Shown one piece after another: positions 54,407 to 64,000 of a DNA stretch of 64,000 nt (position 1 is its first letter; every line of letters starts with the position of its first letter). The translations under genes were made by a program, and so were the position numbers. Under the pieces are notes generated by a model. It was given only the letters and a program-made list of their open reading frames with translations, was not told the DNA's origin and made no database searches. The stretch lies in the NCBI GenBank assembly GCA_049472195.1, contig JBLIRG010000002.1, positions 5,184 to 69,183 of the forward strand. The letters run 5' to 3'. The DNA comes from Thermoplasmatota archaeon (GTDB lineage Archaea > Thermoplasmatota > Penumbrarchaeia > Penumbrarchaeales > Penumbrarchaeaceae).

Positions 54407-56656
54407 ATGACGATCAAGACATTTGAGACAGATTTTGCAGGTAAGAAGCTGATAATAGAATACGGCAGGATGGCGCATCAGGCCGGAGCTGCGGTGACAG
54501 CCAGGATGGGTGATACCGTGGTACTCGCCTCGGCAACCATGTCCAGATCCGGCCGGGAGGGAATGGATTTCTTCCCCCTCATGGTGGATTACGAGGAGAG
54601 GTACTACGCCAAGGGGCTCATAAAGGGTCCGAGGTACATGAAGAGGGAAGGAAGGCCCTCCAGCGAGGCAGTTCTGATAGGTAGGATGATAGACCGAGGT
54701 CTTAGGCCGCTCTTTCCCGACGGACTCAGGAACGAGGTTCAGGTTATCTGCCTGCCTCTAAGCCTTGACGAGGAGAACAGGCCCGACGTTGTGGCAATGC
54801 TCGGAGCCTGTGCAGCCCTTCATATATCGAACATACCTTTTAACGGACCGATCGCGGGATGCAGGATCGGGATGGTAACAGGGGACATGATAATCAATCC
54901 CACTGTCGAGGAACTCGAATACTCAGAACTTCAGCTGACCCTTATGGGAGACGGAGAGCGCGTGACAATGGTTGAATGCGAGGCGAGGGAACTCGATGAT
55001 GAAACCACCATTGAAGCGTTCAGGGTGGGAATGGAGGCCTTGGGCCCCATCGCGAAATTCTTCGACGATATAAGAAAGGAGATCGGGATCGAGAAAACAC
55101 CTGCTGATCAACTCCAGTTCAGGGGAGGATTGACCGAGGAGGACGAGGATGTCATCAAGAAGATGAAAGCCGCCCTGAAGCCTTCGCTGAAAAAATATCT
55201 GTTCGACAAACCCATCGGGACCAAGGGAGAGAGGTTCCGGACGCTAGAGGAACTTGAGGATAAGGTCGTGGATAAGCTGAAGAAGAAGCTCACCACCAAG
55301 GATCGCGATGAAGAGGCAACCGAGAATTACCTCAGAGGGCTTCTGGATCATTTCTTCCATGAGTATATCGAAGAGGAGGTTACCCTTTCGATTCTCGACA
55401 GCGATCTGAGGGTTGACGGGAGGAAGCTCGACGAGATCAGGCCCCTATCGGCGGAGGTAGGTGTCATTCCGAGAACACACGGTTCCGGACTTTTCGCCAG
55501 GGGAGAGACCCAGATACTCACGATCGTAACTCTGGGTTCTCCCAGGGATGATCTGTCGATCGAGACCATGGAGAACGAGGGATCGAAGAAATATTTCCAT
55601 CACTACAATTTCCTGCCATACTGCGTTGGAGAGGTCAAACCGCTCAGGGGTGCGGGAAGGAGGGAGATTGGTCACGGAGCCCTTGCGGAGAAAGCCCTGA
55701 AACCGGTTCTCCCTAGCACGGCGGACTTCCCATATACCACGAGAGTGGTCAGCGAGGTAATGGGGTCCAATGGATCTTCATCCATGGCATCCACGTGCGG
55801 ATCGACCCTTGCGCTCATGGATGCAGGCATACCGATCAGCTCTCCCGTTGCAGGAATAGCCATGGGTCTTGCATCCGACGGGAAGAGATGGAAGGTACTA
55901 ACCGATCTTCAGGATCTTGAGGACGGTCCCGGAGGCATGGATTTCAAGTTCACTTCAACACGCAACGGGATAACGGCCGTCCAGATGGATACTAAGACAA
56001 GAGGCCTCTCCAAGGAAATGATAGAGGCGACCTTCCCGCAGATGAGGAAGGCCATCAACGAGATCCTGGATGTGATGGAGAAGGCGATACCCGAACCGAG
56101 ATCCGAGCTATCCCCGTATGCCCCCCGGATGATCCACATGATGATCGATCCGGAAAAGATCGGTGAGGTCATAGGACCAGGAGGAAAGGTGATCAGGGGA
56201 ATGTGTGACGAGCTTGGTGTGGATATCGACGTAAGCGATGATGGGACGGTGCTGATCACTTCCGTGGACGCCGAAGCGGCACATCAGGCGGAGGAGCGCA
56301 TACGCGGAATTGTGAAGGTGGTCGAGGTCGGGGAGGTATACGAGGATGTCGAGGTCGTCAAGATCATGCCTTACGGCGCATTTGTGAGGTTGACCCCAAG
56401 CACCGATGCCATGCTTCACGTTTCCGAGCTGAAATGGGAAAGGGTCGAGAAGGTAACCGATGTGGTTAACCTCGGTGACAGGCTAACCGTGAAGGTGATA
56501 GAGATCGAAAGAGGCAAGGTCGACGTATCCCTTAAGGCGCTGACACCGATGCCGGAGGGCTATCGCAGGGACAGACAGTCCAGAGGCCCCCCCCGCAGAC
56601 CTCAGGGGAAGGGCGGTTCAAGGAACCAGTCCAGGAGAAAACCCCAGAGGCGGTAA
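54407..56656 (+). CDS. pnp: Bacterial-type polyribonucleotide nucleotidyltransferase (PNPase): two RNase PH domains, KH and S1
   Basis: FFPLMVDYEERYYA, KREGRPS, RMIDRGLRPLFP, RTHGSGLFARGETQ, RREIGHGALA, SNGSSSMAS and EDGPGGMDFK motifs. KH IGEVIGPGGKVIR and S1 MLHVSEL. Confidence 0.97.
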   Translation: MTIKTFETDFAGKKLIIEYGRMAHQAGAAVTARMGDTVVLASATMSRSGREGMDFFPLMVDYEERYYAKGLIKGPRYMKREGRPSSEAVLIGRMIDRGLRPLFPDGLRNEVQVICLPLSLDEENRPDVVAMLGACAALHISNIPFNGPIAGCRIGMVTGDMIINPTVEELEYSELQLTLMGDGERVTMVECEARELDDETTIEAFRVGMEALGPIAKFFDDIRKEIGIEKTPADQLQFRGGLTEEDEDVIKKMKAALKPSLKKYLFDKPIGTKGERFRTLEELEDKVVDKLKKKLTTKDRDEEATENYLRGLLDHFFHEYIEEEVTLSILDSDLRVDGRKLDEIRPLSAEVGVIPRTHGSGLFARGETQILTIVTLGSPRDDLSIETMENEGSKKYFHHYNFLPYCVGEVKPLRGAGRREIGHGALAEKALKPVLPSTADFPYTTRVVSEVMGSNGSSSMASTCGSTLALMDAGIPISSPVAGIAMGLASDGKRWKVLTDLQDLEDGPGGMDFKFTSTRNGITAVQMDTKTRGLSKEMIEATFPQMRKAINEILDVMEKAIPEPRSELSPYAPRMIHMMIDPEKIGEVIGPGGKVIRGMCDELGVDIDVSDDGTVLITSVDAEAAHQAEERIRGIVKVVEVGEVYEDVEVVKIMPYGAFVRLTPSTDAMLHVSELKWERVEKVTDVVNLGDRLTVKVIEIERGKVDVSLKALTPMPEGYRRDRQSRGPPRRPQGKGGSRNQSRRKPQRR

Positions 56657-56665
56657 TCCGCCAGA

Positions 56666-57037
56666 TCACCCGAAAAGCAGGACACCTATCACAATATGAA
56701 CCGCAAGGCTCAGCGCAAGGGCTATCTTGAAGGGGATCTTCGATGTCTTGTGCCTGAACAACACCATCCCTAGGGTTCCCCCAATGAATCCACCTAACAC
56801 GAAAACCAGGAAAAACAGTTTTTCGGGCGTTCTGAGCTTTTCCGCTTTGGACGCGATCTTATCCCATCCCATAAGCATGAAAGCAGTCAATCCAGCAGAA
56901 ATGAGCCATGCTAGATACGGATGGATCCCTGTGAATATGATCAGGGGGATGAAGAGTGACCCGTGGAGAAGGAATGAAGCCAAGGAATGGACAAGCCATG
57001 CGTTTCTATCATTTATTCCGTGCCTTTTCCTAGCCAT
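56666..57037 (-). CDS. DUF1294-family membrane protein
   Basis: LMGWDK..S...LRTPEK.FF...LGG..G..LGMVLFRHKTSK motif. Confidence 0.85.
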   Translation of the reverse strand: MARKRHGINDRNAWLVHSLASFLLHGSLFIPLIIFTGIHPYLAWLISAGLTAFMLMGWDKIASKAEKLRTPEKLFFLVFVLGGFIGGTLGMVLFRHKTSKIPFKIALALSLAVHIVIGVLLFG

Positions 57038-57143
57038 GTGAGATCTTCCCCTGCTATCGGTAATAATGATACGAATTTTTGTGTTATTTCCATAACAAAT
57101 ATATACCGAGATCTGATCAGTTCGGTCAAGGGGAGGCATATAT

Positions 57144-57950
57144 ATGGTAAACGGAGGAGGAAACCGAATCGTTCAATCGGTCGGTCTGGAGAAGGTTTAC
57201 GATACAGGTTCCGTCAAGGTGCATGCATTGAAGGGCATAGATCTGAATGTGTCCAAAGGTGAGATGGTCGCGATCATGGGGCCGTCCGGCTGTGGAAAGA
57301 CCACTCTGCTGAACTGCCTTTCAGGTTTGGATGAACCAACGGTGGGGAATGTTTTCATTGAGGGAACCGATCTCGCCAAGATGAAGGACGATCAGAGGAC
57401 CGAGTACAGGGCCCGCCACATGGGTTTCGTGTTCCAGTTCTACAACCTGCTACCGGTACTTACGGCAATAGAGAATGTGGAGATGGTTCTCCTTCTGGCC
57501 GGTGAGAAACCGAAGAATGCCAGGACCAAAGCCCAGAAAGCACTCGATACCGTGGGCCTAAACGGATACGAGAAGCACAGACCGTCGCAGCTGTCCGGTG
57601 GTCAGAGGCAGCGGGTAACCCTGGCCCGCGCTCTCGTCAACGATCCCAAGATAGTATGGGCAGACGAACCCACGGGAGACCTCGACAAGAGGAACTCCAA
57701 TGAGGTGATGGGTCTAATGAGGAATCTCAACCGGGATCTGAACATGACGATCGTCCTTGTCACCCACGATCCGGATGTCGCATCAAAATGCAGACGCATC
57801 ATCCACATGGAAGACGGGAAGATAGTAAAGGATGTCCCGATCACCGCAAAGGATGCCCTTAAGCATCCCAAAACCGGAGAATACTCCATGACCGGAGAGA
57901 AGGACGCCGGAGCCGCGAGGATATCGCTGCAGCAGAAAGCGTCACTTTGA
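57144..57950 (+). CDS. ABC transporter ATP-binding protein (LolD/MacB-type)
   Basis: [36 protein letters not shown] and VTHD motifs. Confidence 0.95.
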   Translation: MVNGGGNRIVQSVGLEKVYDTGSVKVHALKGIDLNVSKGEMVAIMGPSGCGKTTLLNCLSGLDEPTVGNVFIEGTDLAKMKDDQRTEYRARHMGFVFQFYNLLPVLTAIENVEMVLLLAGEKPKNARTKAQKALDTVGLNGYEKHRPSQLSGGQRQRVTLARALVNDPKIVWADEPTGDLDKRNSNEVMGLMRNLNRDLNMTIVLVTHDPDVASKCRRIIHMEDGKIVKDVPITAKDALKHPKTGEYSMTGEKDAGAARISLQQKASL

Positions 57951-57963
57951 CCGGGGTGATGGA

Positions 57964-60900
57964 ATGTCCCTGAAAAAAGCTCTCAGCGTATTTTCCGAGA
58001 TCATGTTGATGATCTTTCTTCTGGCATTGATATTGGTGGTGATATTCGGTCTGTATTTCATCCCCGGGGAATTGAAGCCTTTCGTAACGGTTATCGCTCT
58101 GGTTCTGCTGCTCGTTACTATATTCTGGATAGTATTGCTGGCCTTCCTGCACAGGCTTCAGTTCAAGATGGGATTCCGTAATCTCATCAGGCACAAGGGG
58201 GATACGGTAATTGCCATATTCGGATTCATGGTGGGAACCTCCATCATATGTTCGTCAATGGCCATCGGAGATACCATGGGTTCGATGATCGAGGATCTGG
58301 TCTACGACGCCTATTATCTCACGGACGAGTACATGGTGATCAATGACGGGAACGGAGATCCGATCGATATCAACGGAACACTGGCTTCCGAGATATCAGA
58401 TATTGCTTGGAAGATGGAGAGCGAAGATCTGATTGACGGGGTTTCCTGGGAGTATCAGAAGGATTTCTCGGTTGTGGACAATCAGACCATGCTCTTCGAA
58501 CCCGTCGTAACATGCCGGGCCTTGAATCCTTCGACCTACGATGGATTCGGATCGATAACATCTTCCGGATCAACACTTTCATACGACCTGGGTCCCGACG
58601 AGGCATACATGGGAAAGGACCTGTCGGAAAAGCTGGAGTCCGGCGTGGGAAGCGTTGTGACCGTAATGGCCGGAATGCAGATGAAGGAGTTCAGGATCGT
58701 GTCTCTCGTTGATGAGAACGGAAGGGGTGCGAGTCTCGCCGGCGCGGACCTGTATTTAAGCTTCTCATCCATATGGGGGCTGTCCAACGTTACTCCGGAA
58801 GAGGAGGGCCCCGTCGGTGACGGCAGAAACTGGGAGGGAGGAATATACAATATCCTTTTGATATCAAATGAGGGCGGAGTGGTGGAGGGAGGCGATCTCT
58901 GCTCCGAGGTGGTAGACAGGCTGGAGGAGGATCTAAGGGAGATCGAGCACCCCCTGGGCGGGGATTCGGCTTTCGAGTTCAGCGAGACGAAGAAGTCGAG
59001 CGTTGAGATGAGCAAGGACGGAATGGAGATGTTCACCACCATGTTCCTCGTCCTTGGCACATTCAGCATAATTGCCGGTATTACCCTGATAATAAACATC
59101 TTCGTGATGCTGTCGGAGGAGAGAAGGGAGGAGATGGGAATATCCAGGGCCGTGGGTATGAAGGGTAAGCACCTTAGGTTGATGTACCTTTTCGAGGGAA
59201 CGATATATTCGCTCATATCATCCTTCGTGGGGGTAATACTGGGAATCGTTTCCGGACTTGGAATCATATGGGGGCTCAATTCGATCTTCAGGTCGATGGG
59301 TGTAGAGGGGCTCAACCTGCTTGAAAATTATACGGTGACACCGTTATCCATGGTTCTGAGCTTTGTTGCAGGATTCACCATCACCATCACAACAACACTT
59401 TTCATCACGAGAAGGGTGGCCAAACTGAATATTGTATCCGCGATAAGAAGCACCCCCGTTCCTCTGAAAAGGCCGTTCTTGGTAACGTTCACCCAGAAGC
59501 TTTGCGGGGTCTATAACGTCAGAACCTGTTCTGGTGACGGATCGCCTCTCTCAAAAATAATTCAATATATGTTTGATAAGACGACAATGGTTGGATTTTA
59601 TTTCATAATACTTGGTATACCAATTGCTCTGATCGGGATACTGCTGAAAATGATGGCTCCCACCAGCCTCGGGATATCAATGTTGCTTATCGGACTTGCC
59701 CTGGTGATTAAATACTTCACAAATGCCAGGATAACATACACGATTGCCGGAATACTCGTCCTAATATTCTGGATAGTACCATTGCCCGTTTTTGAGGATT
59801 TTTCCGGAGACCTGGAAATGTTCATCCTGTCCGGAATATTCATGGTCACTTCCGGCGTTCTTCTACTGGTCTGGAATACAGATATCATTTTGTGGGTCGT
59901 GGAGAGGATTGTCTCACTGATCGGTCTGGCACCATCCACGATAAAAATGGCCGTATCCTATCCCATCAAGAAGAGGTTCCGAACCGGTGTGACCATATTC
60001 ATGTTCGCATTGATCATATTCACGATAACTGGAATGTCCATGATAGTCCACATCCTGAACGTTAATATCGAGGGATTCGAGAAGACGCTGGGCGGCGGTT
60101 ATTCCATAATCGGCGTTTCCAATATGGGTATTGACGATCTGGAAACGGCCGTTCTGGAGGGAGAGAGTTTTCTAACGGAGGATGTCGACGTTTACGCCAG
60201 GATCGACTGGGATAACACGGTTTCCATGACATCGGGAGTACTGGTGATCAACAGATCTTATACCTTTCAGGGAATGGAGTTCGAGGACGTTTTTCCATAT
60301 CCGTGCAACGGCGTTAACAATGAGTTCATCGAGAAGAACACTTACGGGTTCTCAACCGTTGACTGGTCCCTCGTTCATCCCGAAGGAAACGGTGAAAGGA
60401 CCGATCGTGAGGTCTGGAAAGCCCTCGAAAGGAATCCGGACCTGGTCGTTCTCGACGGAATGATGGGCGGCGACAGCCCGTTCGGTCCCGCGGGTCAGCC
60501 CGGGATCATGGAAGTAGGGGATGTAATCGAACTCGAAGCGGTTGGCGGCCTGCTTGTAAACAAGACAATTGTCGGCTTTACCGAGCAGATAGGCATCAAT
60601 GGTGTCTTCATGTACAATTCATCGGCAGAGTCCGATTTCGGGGTCACCGAGAAGAAGATCCACCTGTTTACCCTGAAGTCAGAGGGAGATGAACAGGAGA
60701 TCGCCAACGATATCAAACGGTCCCTTCTCAGATACGGACTATTCACATTCATAATCAAGGATATCATTGAGGAGATCCTTGAGGCGCAGAACGCGTTCTT
60801 CAACCTGTTCAACGCATTCCTGTCCCTCGGCCTTGTGATAGGAATAGTCGGTCTGGGCATAATAACCCTGAGATCCGTTTACGAGAGGAGGCACGAGATA

Positions 60901-61191
60901 GGAATGATGAGGGCCATAGGATTCAAGAGAAAAGCGGTTATCGCCTCATTCCTCGGGGAATCGGCATTCATCTCGGGATCGGGTCTCATAATCGGGTCCG
61001 TCCTGGGTATAATACTGGGATGGATGCTCTGGCGGGATTCTTTCGGGGAGACAATGACTGAATTCGGTGTTCCGTGGGTGAAGATCCTTGTGATCGCCGG
61101 GATCGCCCTGTTGTTCGCCCTTCTAGCATGTATACCGCCCTCGTTCAGGGCCTCCAGGGTCACACCGGCCGAAGCTCTGAGATACGAATGA
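57964..61191 (+). CDS. FtsX/MacB-like ABC permease with two extracellular domains
   Basis: ERREEMGISRAVG and ERRHEIGMMRAIG motifs, multiple TMs, and a C-terminal RASRVTPAEALRYE. Confidence 0.9.
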   Translation: MSLKKALSVFSEIMLMIFLLALILVVIFGLYFIPGELKPFVTVIALVLLLVTIFWIVLLAFLHRLQFKMGFRNLIRHKGDTVIAIFGFMVGTSIICSSMAIGDTMGSMIEDLVYDAYYLTDEYMVINDGNGDPIDINGTLASEISDIAWKMESEDLIDGVSWEYQKDFSVVDNQTMLFEPVVTCRALNPSTYDGFGSITSSGSTLSYDLGPDEAYMGKDLSEKLESGVGSVVTVMAGMQMKEFRIVSLVDENGRGASLAGADLYLSFSSIWGLSNVTPEEEGPVGDGRNWEGGIYNILLISNEGGVVEGGDLCSEVVDRLEEDLREIEHPLGGDSAFEFSETKKSSVEMSKDGMEMFTTMFLVLGTFSIIAGITLIINIFVMLSEERREEMGISRAVGMKGKHLRLMYLFEGTIYSLISSFVGVILGIVSGLGIIWGLNSIFRSMGVEGLNLLENYTVTPLSMVLSFVAGFTITITTTLFITRRVAKLNIVSAIRSTPVPLKRPFLVTFTQKLCGVYNVRTCSGDGSPLSKIIQYMFDKTTMVGFYFIILGIPIALIGILLKMMAPTSLGISMLLIGLALVIKYFTNARITYTIAGILVLIFWIVPLPVFEDFSGDLEMFILSGIFMVTSGVLLLVWNTDIILWVVERIVSLIGLAPSTIKMAVSYPIKKRFRTGVTIFMFALIIFTITGMSMIVHILNVNIEGFEKTLGGGYSIIGVSNMGIDDLETAVLEGESFLTEDVDVYARIDWDNTVSMTSGVLVINRSYTFQGMEFEDVFPYPCNGVNNEFIEKNTYGFSTVDWSLVHPEGNGERTDREVWKALERNPDLVVLDGMMGGDSPFGPAGQPGIMEVGDVIELEAVGGLLVNKTIVGFTEQIGINGVFMYNSSAESDFGVTEKKIHLFTLKSEGDEQEIANDIKRSLLRYGLFTFIIKDIIEEILEAQNAFFNLFNAFLSLGLVIGIVGLGIITLRSVYERRHEIGMMRAIGFKRKAVIASFLGESAFISGSGLIIGSVLGIILGWMLWRDSFGETMTEFGVPWVKILVIAGIALLFALLACIPPSFRASRVTPAEALRYE

Positions 61192-61299
61192 TCCCTGATT
61201 CGGGGGATACCCGAGACAATCGGAATGAGCAGAGGAAAAGTTGAACTGACTCTTTCGATCAGTACAAATCATTATGAATCCATTCGATGATCAGCCTTC

Positions 61300-61683
61300 A
61301 TGACATTCGCCCACGTATCGGTTAGAACATCGGATATGGATCGTTCGATCGACTTTTACAGGGAATACCTGGGAATGAAGCTGATCCGAAGGAGGGAGAT
61401 CCCTCAGAACAACGCGGAGATCGCATTCCTGGGCGACGAGGGCAGCGATTTCTCCCTTGAACTGACCCATTACCGTGATCAGGAGAGGTTCGAACAGGCG
61501 GAGTACGGCAGCAGGCTCTTCGATCATCTCGCTTTCCTTGTGGACGATCTCCCGAAGGTCGTGGAGAGGATAATCGATGCCGGTTTCACGGTAACGGACC
61601 AGCCGTTCGAACTTTCACCGGGAAGGTGGCTCGCCTTCATCGAGGATCCGGACGGTACATTGATCGAGCTGATTCAGAAATGA
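61300..61683 (+). CDS. VOC/glyoxalase I (lactoylglutathione lyase-like) protein
   Basis: FAHVSVRTSDMDRSIDFY, LELT, DHLAF and FIEDPDGTLIEL motifs. Confidence 0.88.
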   Translation: MTFAHVSVRTSDMDRSIDFYREYLGMKLIRRREIPQNNAEIAFLGDEGSDFSLELTHYRDQERFEQAEYGSRLFDHLAFLVDDLPKVVERIIDAGFTVTDQPFELSPGRWLAFIEDPDGTLIELIQK

Positions 61684-62057
61684 TGTTCGAAAAATCCGTT
61701 GATATCTTATTATGAATTGTTCTTAGTCAATACGACAATAATATAACGGGATTCACTCTTATGTACATATTGTGTCCATATAGGGGATGTTTTATTCGTC
61801 ATTGTCAGATTTTTTATGGGATGTCGACAGGATGGCCCTAGAAAGTTTTATCTTTCTTCGGACCCATATAGGTTAGCCCTGGAGAAATGGTCGGAAATCG
61901 TTAACTCCCTAAACAGGTAAGTGGTAAAGACCACTGAATCGACTCTGGGGATGTGAATTCCGAAACCGGAAAAAAATGGGTGCCTAGCCTTTATTCTCCG
62001 GGTAAAAATTCCAGAGGGAGGTGTAATGAGAATTCGATGCTCATTGAGGTGATCAAG

Positions 62058-62333
62058 ATGAGGGATACCAAGATAATGAAGATAGGAAGTTACAATGATT
62101 TGATCAAGTTGTCAGCCAGAATTGATTCCGAGGTCGATAGATATTCAGAGGTCAAGGGGCAGATCCATGTGTTCCCCCACAGGGATTACATCGTGAACAA
62201 CCGGGAGGATCTCGACCGGGTAGTGAAGAGAATCGCCGTTTTCTCATCTCCGTACGCAACCGTAGAGGGTATGATAAGCTTCTACGAGGAAAATAATATT
62301 GAACAATTGGATTTCGACAAGGAAAAAACATAG
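62058..62333 (+). CDS. Hypothetical protein (91 aa)
   Basis: Strong GAGGTGA SD before ATG 62058. No family recognised. Confidence 0.6.
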   Translation: MRDTKIMKIGSYNDLIKLSARIDSEVDRYSEVKGQIHVFPHRDYIVNNREDLDRVVKRIAVFSSPYATVEGMISFYEENNIEQLDFDKEKT

Positions 62334-62355
62334 ATCAATACGTAACGATAAAATG

Positions 62356-62394
62356 ATCGATCGGGTTCGACGGAACGGTCGGACCCGAATCGAT
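62356..62394 (+). terminator. Long hairpin downstream of 62058-62333
   Basis: atcgat-cgggttcgac pairs with gtcggacccg-a-atcgat (one G-U, one bulge). No U-tract. Confidence 0.4.
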
Positions 62395-62544
62395 AGTGTT
62401 CTTGAATATCCGGTATTCGCATATGGGATGTTCCGTGGAAATTTGAATTTGGCAGGCAGGGAAGTTCCTGAAGCAGGAATGCCGAACACTGCCTTTGGGA
62501 ATATATTGGAACATCGTTCGGATTTTACCCTCGAAACCTGTATA

Positions 62545-62886
62545 TCACAGATCCATGGAGTTTTCCCAGATCCCGTGGATGTTGCAGTAGGAGGTTGCCA
62601 TCAGGGTCTTGAACTCATTCGTACTTACGTGATAACAGACAGAGGGCTCTGTCAGACCAGGTCCGAAGTTGGATTTGCCCAGATCGATGACCATCCCATT
62701 CTCCTTGACGCCGAAGAGGTTGATCCATCCGATATGGTGTTCGACCGTATTGGGATGGTGGACCTCCTTGCCCACGACAACCTTCACGATGTCCTTTTCC
62801 TGCATACCCTCGCCCTTGAATATCTCGATTATCGGCACATGCTTCTCCGTTCCCTCGGCCGTTTTGTAAAGCTCACCCATCTTCAT
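62545..62886 (-). CDS. Superoxide reductase (neelaredoxin / class II SORL)
   Basis: EKHVP, HPNTVEHHIGWI and SYCNIHGIWE iron-ligand motifs. Confidence 0.92.
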   Translation of the reverse strand: MKMGELYKTAEGTEKHVPIIEIFKGEGMQEKDIVKVVVGKEVHHPNTVEHHIGWINLFGVKENGMVIDLGKSNFGPGLTEPSVCYHVSTNEFKTLMATSYCNIHGIWENSMDL

Positions 62887-63094
62887 TTTATCACCACATG
62901 ATCCGGTCCGCCGGATCGTTGATCGGGGACCTGTACGGGATTATTTAATCATAACTCCTGAATCTTTCAATGGATCCCGATGATCCCGGCTCCGTACATG
63001 GGTGTCCCCCGATAATAAATATTGTCAATCTGAAGTATTGTTGTATCAACCGGGGGTAACTGTTTTATCTACTAAGATTTCGATATGGAGGACC

Positions 63095-64000
63095 ATGAAC
63101 AGGAAAGCCCTCATCGGTATCGGGGCAAGCGTTACCGTGGTAATTCTGATCGCCGCGGCGTTGATATTCAACGTCGAATCGATGATATCCGGTGATGAGG
63201 GCATATTCCTGATAGATTTCGATCATGAGGCCGCCGGAGTCCACGTAAGGGAGCTGGTCAGCAATGGACCCCGGATGTCCGGATCCGATGCCGAACTGGC
63301 CGGTGCCGAATACATTCAGAGCCAGTTCGTGGAGGCCGGACTGGAGGATGTCCATATCGAATCGTACCCCGTCCCGATGTTCGAGGTTGTAAACGCCGAT
63401 TTCTCTCTCGTCGAATACAGGCCGATACTCAACATCCCTGCGCCTCTCGGCGAGATGGTTGCATACGAACACATGACCGACTTCGTTCTCCAGGGCTATT
63501 CGGGATCAAGGAGCTGGAACAGCTTCCGGGATGACCTGACCGTGGTGAACATCGGGAACGGAACGGATCCGGGATCCTATGATCAGAGCGCGGGTAGAGT
63601 GTGTTTCATCGAGCAGACAGCCGAGACGCCTTCGAACTCCGATGTATATTTCAGCGCCTACAACTCGGGTGCCAGGGCCATTATTCTCCAGAACTGCATG
63701 AGGGGGGAGACGATCGGATACCCCCCAATGTTCAAATCCAATCAGAATCCCCTGGATTACGATAATTATCCGGACATACCGTTCTTCATGGTGTCCAGGG
63801 GCGTCGGGGACGAGATCCTTGATAAAGCCGGAACCCACAAGCTGAGAATCGATTTCAACGTCAGGGTCGAGACCATGGAGATACGGGTGGTGGTCGGGGA
63901 TATGAAGGGGGAGAGGGATCCGGAGAAGCTGATAGTGATCGGGGGACACCACGATACCTGCTACAATACCATCGGAGTGGTCGACAATACGGTCGGTCCG
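63095..64000 (+). CDS. 3'-truncated M28-family aminopeptidase with PA domain and N-terminal signal/anchor; absent from the ORF track
   Basis: Hand translation from ATG 63095 (GGAGG SD) reads MNRKALIGIG...GPRMSGSDAELAGAEYI...GARAIIL...IVIGGHHDTCYNTIGVVDNTVG. The frame is open to the window end. Confidence 0.85.
   Translation, partial: MNRKALIGIGASVTVVILIAAALIFNVESMISGDEGIFLIDFDHEAAGVHVRELVSNGPRMSGSDAELAGAEYIQSQFVEAGLEDVHIESYPVPMFEVVNADFSLVEYRPILNIPAPLGEMVAYEHMTDFVLQGYSGSRSWNSFRDDLTVVNIGNGTDPGSYDQSAGRVCFIEQTAETPSNSDVYFSAYNSGARAIILQNCMRGETIGYPPMFKSNQNPLDYDNYPDIPFFMVSRGVGDEILDKAGTHKLRIDFNVRVETMEIRVVVGDMKGERDPEKLIVIGGHHDTCYNTIGVVDNTVGP

Noticed and set aside
61850-62030. Riboswitch (c-di-AMP or c-di-GMP-like fragments such as ctgaatc, tgggg, cctaaac)
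   Set aside because: Only short scattered matches; the required stems and conserved core could not be built.
1-64000. CRISPR array, IS element, integrase, prophage, rRNA or tRNA
   Set aside because: No regularly spaced repeats, transposase/integrase motifs, terminal inverted repeats or structural RNA signatures were seen by eye.

Overview
Archaeal chromosomal DNA. The archaeal call rests on an rpoK(rpo6)-rps2-MEMO1 cluster, PurP, archaeal-type TopA, a COG1031 radical SAM enzyme and an HVO_0476-family protein. An uncultured Thermoplasmatota lineage is my inference. About 26 kb of the 64 kb (~41%) encodes seven large secreted, single-pass membrane-anchored surface proteins. Three of them (7434-12188, 12941-17671, 47043-51860) have an integrin-alpha-like layout: seven FG-GAP Ca-binding repeats, a long Ig/Fn3-like stalk, TSP3-like Ca repeats and one TM helix. 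Their cytoplasmic tail is conserved (RYE.LTGI motif, Pro-rich linker, C-terminal Zn ribbon). A fourth gene (24986-28141) carries the same stalk with a different head. The third paralog has a discoidin-like domain inserted into its propeller and an abrupt T3 codon shift in its 3' half. The window also holds a complete bacterial-type PNPase (pnp) behind a structured leader, and hairpin+U-tract terminators after the Zn-ribbon-tailed surface genes. Other content: a GT-C/GT2/flippase glycosylation trio, several peptidases, housekeeping genes and a small accessory block. No CRISPR, rRNA, tRNA, transposase or reverse transcriptase was seen. All calls come from manual motif reading; no database search was run.
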